DNA of 64,000 bases, from contig CAZRFE010000002.1 in NCBI GenBank assembly GCA_964599565.1, positions 9,646 to 73,645 of the forward strand, written 5' to 3'. Positions 59,682 to 64,000 of the stretch are shown piece after piece. The notes under the pieces were generated by a model. That model had not been told where the DNA came from. It did not search any database and was given only the letters and a program-made list of their open reading frames with translations. The stretch's first letter is position 1. Every line of letters begins with the position of its first letter. This stretch comes from an uncultured Gammaproteobacteria bacterium. GTDB lineage: Bacteria; Pseudomonadota; Gammaproteobacteria; Natronospirales; JAJUFS01. The translations under genes and the position numbers were made by a program.

Positions 59682-59779
59682 TCCGCTGCAGCGCACCGGC
59701 GCTGGTCTAAGCTATCGATGAGAACAGTGAAAAATATTTAGTCCGGAGGGGAACTAAATTCAGACGGTCCAGTCTGAGT

Positions 59780-59897
59780 TACCGAGCGCAGCAATTGCGC
59801 TCTTCGCTCCCTCCATGAGCGAATCTGGCGTTCCGGTCTCCCCAATCGGGACGCCGTGTAACCCGGTCTCGATCCCCCTCAGGCCGGGTTTTTTTTG
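59780..59897 (+). ncRNA. sX13-like small RNA (C-rich loop hairpins plus intrinsic terminator)
   Basis: Consecutive hairpins: gagcgca/tgcgctc (59784-59802); ttcgctc-CCTCCAT-gagcgaa (59803-59823); ggcgttccg-GTCTCCCCAAT-cgggacgcc (59827-59855); and terminator aacccgg-TCTCGATCCCCCTCAGG-ccgggtt followed by T8 (59860-59896). It lies just downstream of polA. The 5' end is not determined. Confidence 0.55.
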
Positions 59898-59927
59898 CCC
59901 GCGTGCGCTTCGGCGCCGCGGGCAATT

Positions 59928-60539
59928 TTAATTCTGCCCGGTAACCTGCGCGTCTTTTGCCCAGCCGAGCCATTGCGCGAGCTGGCTGCGCGCCTCATCG
60001 ACCCCCTGCCCCGAGGTCGCCGAGAAAAGCTGGATGGACGCTGCCGGCAGGTCCCGCCGGACCTTCGCGAGCGCCTGGTTCTGGTGATTGCGGGTGAGCT
60101 TGTCGGCCTTGGTCAGCAGCGCGTGGACGGGCAGCCCTGCGTGCGCGGCCCAGGCGAGCATCTGCTCGTCGAAAGGCTTCAGCGGATGGCGGATATCCAT
60201 CACCAGCACGATGCCCGCCAGCGGTTCCCGCCCGTTGAGGTAGGCCTCCATGAGCTGCCGCCAGCGCGCCTTCACGCTGTCCGGCACCTGCGCAAAACCG
60301 TAACCGGGCAGGTCGACGAGCCGGCCGCTTTCCGGTGCGTCGAAGAAATTGATGAGCTGTGTGCGGCCCGGCGTCTTCGAGGTGCGCGCGAGTCCCTTGA
60401 GGCCCGTGATGGCGTTCAGCGCGCTCGATTTGCCGGCGTTCGAACGGCCTGCAAACGCGACTTCCGGACCGGCTGGCGGCGGGAAGCCCTCCGCGCCGGC
60501 CGCGCTGGTGAGGAACTGCGTCTGTCGAAAGTCCGGCAT
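59928..60539 (-). CDS. engB: Ribosome biogenesis GTPase YihA/EngB
   Basis: G1 is [18 protein letters not shown] and TKADK (G4) are also present. Confidence 0.9.
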   Translation of the reverse strand: MPDFRQTQFLTSAAGAEGFPPPAGPEVAFAGRSNAGKSSALNAITGLKGLARTSKTPGRTQLINFFDAPESGRLVDLPGYGFAQVPDSVKARWRQLMEAYLNGREPLAGIVLVMDIRHPLKPFDEQMLAWAAHAGLPVHALLTKADKLTRNHQNQALAKVRRDLPAASIQLFSATSGQGVDEARSQLAQWLGWAKDAQVTGQN

Positions 60540-60636
60540 GGTGGTGTAAAATCGCGCCTTTCAAAAGGGCGGCGAGTGTATCACGCTCCACTGCACGGCC
60601 CATTTCCACCCGAATCCAACCGCGGAGACCTGCCTG

Positions 60637-61278
60637 ATGAAATTCCTGCTTGCCCCCGTCACAGCTTTCGTGGGCGCGGTGATGCTTGCCGCAGCACCTG
60701 CCAGCGCCGGCGACAACCTCGTTGGCGGCGACGCCACCGCCGGTGAAGCGAAAGCGGCGGTCTGCGCGGCCTGCCATGGTCCGGGCGGCAACAGCATGAA
60801 CCCCGAGTGGCCGAGCCTTGCCGGGCAGCACACCGGTTACCTCGTCGAGCAGCTGAAGGCCTTCAAGCAGCCGGCGCAGGAAAGCCCGCGCTTCAACGCC
60901 ATCATGTACGGCCAGGCGCAGCTGCTGAGCGAGCAGGACATGCTCGACGTATCCGCGTACTTCACCGCGCAGCAGGCGAAGCCGGGCGCGGCCGATCCCG
61001 CGCTCGTGAAAAGAGGCGAACGCATCTACCACGGTGGCGTTCCCGCCGACGGCGTGCCCGCCTGCATCGCCTGCCACGGCCCCGCCGGCAAGGGCAACGC
61101 CGCGGCGAAATACCCCGCCGTCGCCGGCCAGCACGCCACCTACATCGTCAACCAGCTGAAGCTGTATGCCGCGGACGAACGCCGCACCGATCCGAACCAG
61201 ATGATGCGCAACATCGCCGCGTCGCTGAGCGCGGACGACATGCAGGCGGTCGCCTCGTACATGCAGGGCCTGCAGTAA
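60637..61278 (+). CDS. Dihaem cytochrome c4
   Basis: It has a signal peptide, two CxxCH sites (CAACH, CIACH) and two downstream Met-ligand regions. A GGAGA RBS is present. Confidence 0.9.
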   Translation: MKFLLAPVTAFVGAVMLAAAPASAGDNLVGGDATAGEAKAAVCAACHGPGGNSMNPEWPSLAGQHTGYLVEQLKAFKQPAQESPRFNAIMYGQAQLLSEQDMLDVSAYFTAQQAKPGAADPALVKRGERIYHGGVPADGVPACIACHGPAGKGNAAAKYPAVAGQHATYIVNQLKLYAADERRTDPNQMMRNIAASLSADDMQAVASYMQGLQ

Positions 61279-61300
61279 GCGACGCGCAGGCACAGCAGAA

Positions 61301-61325
61301 AGGGCGGCATCGGCCGCCCTTTTTC
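61301..61325 (+). terminator. Rho-independent terminator after cytochrome c4
   Basis: The sequence is agggcggc-atcg-gccgccct followed by ttttc. Confidence 0.7.
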
Positions 61326-61341
61326 GTCACTGGAGATTCAC

Positions 61342-61998
61342 ATGCACCGACTGCTTTCACTGCTCGCCGCTTTCGTCCTGCTCGCCGCACCGCTGCATGC
61401 CGCCGAGGAAGGCACGGAACAGCGCGCACTCGTCGCCGAGCGCGATTACGTTCCCGTCGTACCCGCGCAGCCGACGTCCGCGGCGCCCGGCGAAGTCGAG
61501 ATCGTCGAGTTCTTCTGGTACGGCTGCCCGCACTGCTACCAGGCGGAGAAGCACATCCAGGCCTGGCTCGCGCAGAAACCTGCGAACGTCAAGTTCACGC
61601 GCGTACCCGCCACGTTGAACCGCGGCTGGGTGCTGATGGCGCAGGCGTATTACACCGCCGAACAGCTCGACGTGCTGGACGTGATGCATCCCGCGCTGTT
61701 CGCGGCATTCCATGAAGACCGCGTCATGCTCGATACGCCGGAAAGCGTCGCGCAGTACTTCAAGGAAAAGGCAGGCGTCGAGGACGACGCCTTCGCCCAG
61801 GCGTTCAATTCCCCGACCGTTGCATCGCACGTGCAGCGCGCCGACATGCTGGCGCGCCGCTATCGCGTCAACGGCGTGCCGATGCTCGCGGTAAACGGCA
61901 AGTTCGTCACCGACCCGCGCCGCACCCGCGGCTACGCGCAGATGGTCGACGTCGCCGCCCGGCTCGCCGCGCAGGAACTTGCCGCGCAATCGGAATGA
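61342..61998 (+). CDS. dsbA: Thiol:disulfide interchange protein DsbA
   Basis: It has a signal peptide and the active site FFWYGCPHCY. Confidence 0.9.
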   Translation: MHRLLSLLAAFVLLAAPLHAAEEGTEQRALVAERDYVPVVPAQPTSAAPGEVEIVEFFWYGCPHCYQAEKHIQAWLAQKPANVKFTRVPATLNRGWVLMAQAYYTAEQLDVLDVMHPALFAAFHEDRVMLDTPESVAQYFKEKAGVEDDAFAQAFNSPTVASHVQRADMLARRYRVNGVPMLAVNGKFVTDPRRTRGYAQMVDVAARLAAQELAAQSE

Positions 61999-62019
61999 TG
62001 CGCAGGCCTTCGAACAGCA

Positions 62020-62044
62020 CGGGCGCCGCCGCGCCCGGTTTTTC
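62020..62044 (+). terminator. Rho-independent terminator after dsbA
   Basis: The sequence is cgggcgc-cgcc-gcgcccg followed by gttttt. Confidence 0.7.
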
Positions 62045-62131
62045 TGGAATGCGTAAAATTGTGTCTTTGCTCCCCAAATGGCAGAGTAAGGCCATCGAAT
62101 CGGCGAGCGGCGGCACGTGTCACAGGAACCG

Positions 62132-63667
62132 ATGAAGCAGGACCGCCCGGCGCGCTCGAACGCAATCCGGCTGGCCATTGTCTATTTCGTCGTCACGGTG
62201 CTGTGGATACTCGGCAGCGATCACCTGGCGAACCTGGTCGCGCAGAATGCCGCGCAGCTGCACATCATCCAGAGCGTGAAAGGCATTGTCTTCGTCACGG
62301 CCATGGCCGTGCTCGTCGGCATCGGCGCGGCGCGGCTCGCGGCGGCGGAAGCGGCGCGCCAGCGCGCGCTGATGTTCGCGTCGACGGATCCGGTGACGCA
62401 GCTGCCGAACGCGCGCACGTTCTACGCCGCCATCGCCGCGGCACTCGCCGAAGACGACCGCCAGTGCTGCGTGCTCGTGCTCGACGTACGCGGCTTCTCG
62501 CGCATCAACAACACCTTCGGGCGACAGACCGGCGACCAGGCGCTGTTCACCGCCGGTCACCGGCTGCGCGCGCTCGTCAATGCAAACGCAAAGGTCGCGC
62601 GGCTGGAGGAAGACAAGTTCGCGGTGCTGCTCGACGACGCCACGTCCGAGAGCGCAATGAAGTTCGCCAACCGCATCATCGATCGCTTCCGGCAGGAAAT
62701 GCGCGTCGCGGGACAAAGCCTGCTGATGGACATCAACGTCGGCTTCGCGCTTTCCGGCGATGACGGCGATCACGTCGCGAGCCTGCTGGACGCCGCCGAG
62801 CTTGCCTTGCGTGCCGCCAAGGAAAGCGGCCGCAACACCGCCTGCCGCTTCAGCCGCGAACTGATGCTCTCGCGACGCGAACATTTCCATCTCGAAACGG
62901 AACTGCGCCAGGCGCTGATCGACGGCACGCTCGCCCTGCACCTGCAGCCCGAGTTCGAGCTTGCGAGCGGACGTCTCGTCGGCGCGGAAGCGCTGCTGCG
63001 GTGGATGCATCCGAGCCGCGGCGCAATCAGTCCGGCCGTGTTCATTCCCGTTGCGGAACACGCCGGCCTCATCGAGCATGTCGGCGAATACGTGCTGCGC
63101 GCCACGTGCCGCACGCTCAGCGAATGGCGCCGCGCAGGCCTGCCGAGCCTTCGTGTCGCGGTGAACATCGCCGGCCAGCAGCTTGACGACGAACGTCTCG
63201 CCTTCTACCTCCGCCAGGCCGCGGAGGAATGGAACGTGCCGCTGTCGCTGCTTGAAATCGAGATCACCGAAACGATGGCGATGCGCAACCCCGAGCGCGC
63301 ACTGGAAGTGCTTGCGCACCTGCGCAGTCTCGGCGTGACGATCGCGCTGGACGATTTCGGCACCGGGTATTCCTCGTTGAGCTACCTGCTGCAGCTGCCG
63401 GTCGACAAGCTGAAGATCGACCGCAGCTTCATCGCGGGCCTGGAAGACGACGTGCGGCAATCCATCTTCGTTCGCACCATCGTCGCGCTCGGCCACGATC
63501 TCGGCATCAGCGTCGCCGCCGAAGGCATCGAATCCGAAACGCAGCACCGGCACCTGCTCGAACTCGGCTGCGATCTCGGCCAGGGTTATTTCCTCGCGCG
63601 GCCGATGAGCACGGACGACTTCGAACGCCTGCTGCGAAAGCACCACGACAACGACATCTCCGGCTGA
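62132..63667 (+). CDS. c-di-GMP phosphodiesterase: degenerate GGDEF domain plus intact EAL domain, membrane anchored
   Basis: The GGDEF position reads RLEEDKFAVLL. EAL motifs are intact (AEALLRW, DDFGTGYSSLSYL, KIDRSF, EGIE, QGYFLARP). The ATG at 62132 is preferred over the GTG at 62117. Confidence 0.85.
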   Translation: MKQDRPARSNAIRLAIVYFVVTVLWILGSDHLANLVAQNAAQLHIIQSVKGIVFVTAMAVLVGIGAARLAAAEAARQRALMFASTDPVTQLPNARTFYAAIAAALAEDDRQCCVLVLDVRGFSRINNTFGRQTGDQALFTAGHRLRALVNANAKVARLEEDKFAVLLDDATSESAMKFANRIIDRFRQEMRVAGQSLLMDINVGFALSGDDGDHVASLLDAAELALRAAKESGRNTACRFSRELMLSRREHFHLETELRQALIDGTLALHLQPEFELASGRLVGAEALLRWMHPSRGAISPAVFIPVAEHAGLIEHVGEYVLRATCRTLSEWRRAGLPSLRVAVNIAGQQLDDERLAFYLRQAAEEWNVPLSLLEIEITETMAMRNPERALEVLAHLRSLGVTIALDDFGTGYSSLSYLLQLPVDKLKIDRSFIAGLEDDVRQSIFVRTIVALGHDLGISVAAEGIESETQHRHLLELGCDLGQGYFLARPMSTDDFERLLRKHHDNDISG

Positions 63668-63759
63668 TCGTTTCTTCTCCTTCCGCCACCAGTCGCGTGA
63701 GCTATGCTCTTACCGTCACGAGGTTCGAACGAACCTGGCGAAACGGAGCATTCCTGGTC

Positions 63760-64000
63760 ATGGGCGCGAGCGACGTCACACTGCTGCTTCGACGCGTCAA
63801 CAGCGGCGAACGGCGCGCGTGGGACGAACTCATACAAATCGTGTACGCAGAACTGCGCCGCATGGCGCGCAGTCACATGCGGCGCGAAGCATCGGGCCAC
63901 ACGCTGCAGCCGACCGCACTCGTGAACGAAGCGTGCCTGCGGCTCATGGACGGCAACGACTGGGAAAACCGCAGGCATTTCTTCGGTGCGGCAGCCGAAG
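63760..64000 (+). CDS. ECF-type sigma-70 family factor, N-terminal fragment (continues beyond the window end)
   Basis: Own translation from the ATG at 63760: MGASDVTLLLRRVNSGERRAWDELIQIVYAELRRMARSHMRREASGHTLQPTALVNEACLRL. This matches the Sigma70_ECF-type N-terminus (…HTLQPTALVNEA.LRL). Confidence 0.7.
   Translation, partial: MGASDVTLLLRRVNSGERRAWDELIQIVYAELRRMARSHMRREASGHTLQPTALVNEACLRLMDGNDWENRRHFFGAAAE

Noticed and set aside
59700-59897. Identity with E. coli Spot 42 (spf) or Pseudomonas ErsA, which occupy the same polA-engB gap.
   Set aside because: I see no primary-sequence resemblance to Spot 42. The C-rich loop architecture fits the Xanthomonadales sX13 type better. Only the positional analogy is retained.
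63715-63740. The sequence aggttcgaacgaacct, which resembles a tRNA T-arm (GGTTCGAA).
   Set aside because: It is only a short hairpin upstream of the ECF sigma gene. No acceptor, D or anticodon arms can be built, so it is not a tRNA.

Overview
High-GC proteobacterial chromosome segment, roughly two-thirds G+C by eye. Gene content and synteny suggest a Xanthomonadales-like gammaproteobacterium: polA, a C-rich-loop sRNA, engB, cytochrome c4 and dsbA in order, plus tamAB and an ACE-like M2 peptidase. About 60 tightly packed protein genes are supported, mostly housekeeping. They include a radical-SAM/GATase/nfi operon, two c-di-GMP turnover proteins, a peptide-scavenging locus (POT, M2 peptidase, OPT, M16 peptidase), a hisH-like/hisA-like/hisF-tatABC string and dtd-pip. 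They also include a TRAP transporter, LOG, trkA plus two tandem trkH, uvrD, a 12-gene co-directional run ending in tamAB, terC, polA, engB, cytochrome c4, dsbA, and a partial ECF sigma factor. I found no rRNA, tRNA, CRISPR array, transposase or integrase. The window is mostly core genome and I do not see a clear multi-gene novel system. Six items deserve a second look. (1) HisH-like and HisA-like proteins carry substituted catalytic residues next to an intact-looking HisF. (2) A low-GC orphan P2-type repressor/Cox-like switch with 22-bp-spaced direct repeats sits between two convergent repair genes. (3) An sX13-like sRNA lies downstream of polA. (4) A structured 348-nt intergenic region ends in a strong orphan terminator just upstream of a DUF3667 gene. 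(5) trkA is followed by two tandem trkH paralogues that run on into LOG-dctQM. (6) A composite AT-rich/GC-rich intergenic region contains a long imperfect palindrome and a G-quadruplex-type motif. Family names come from my recollection of motifs, not from database searches.
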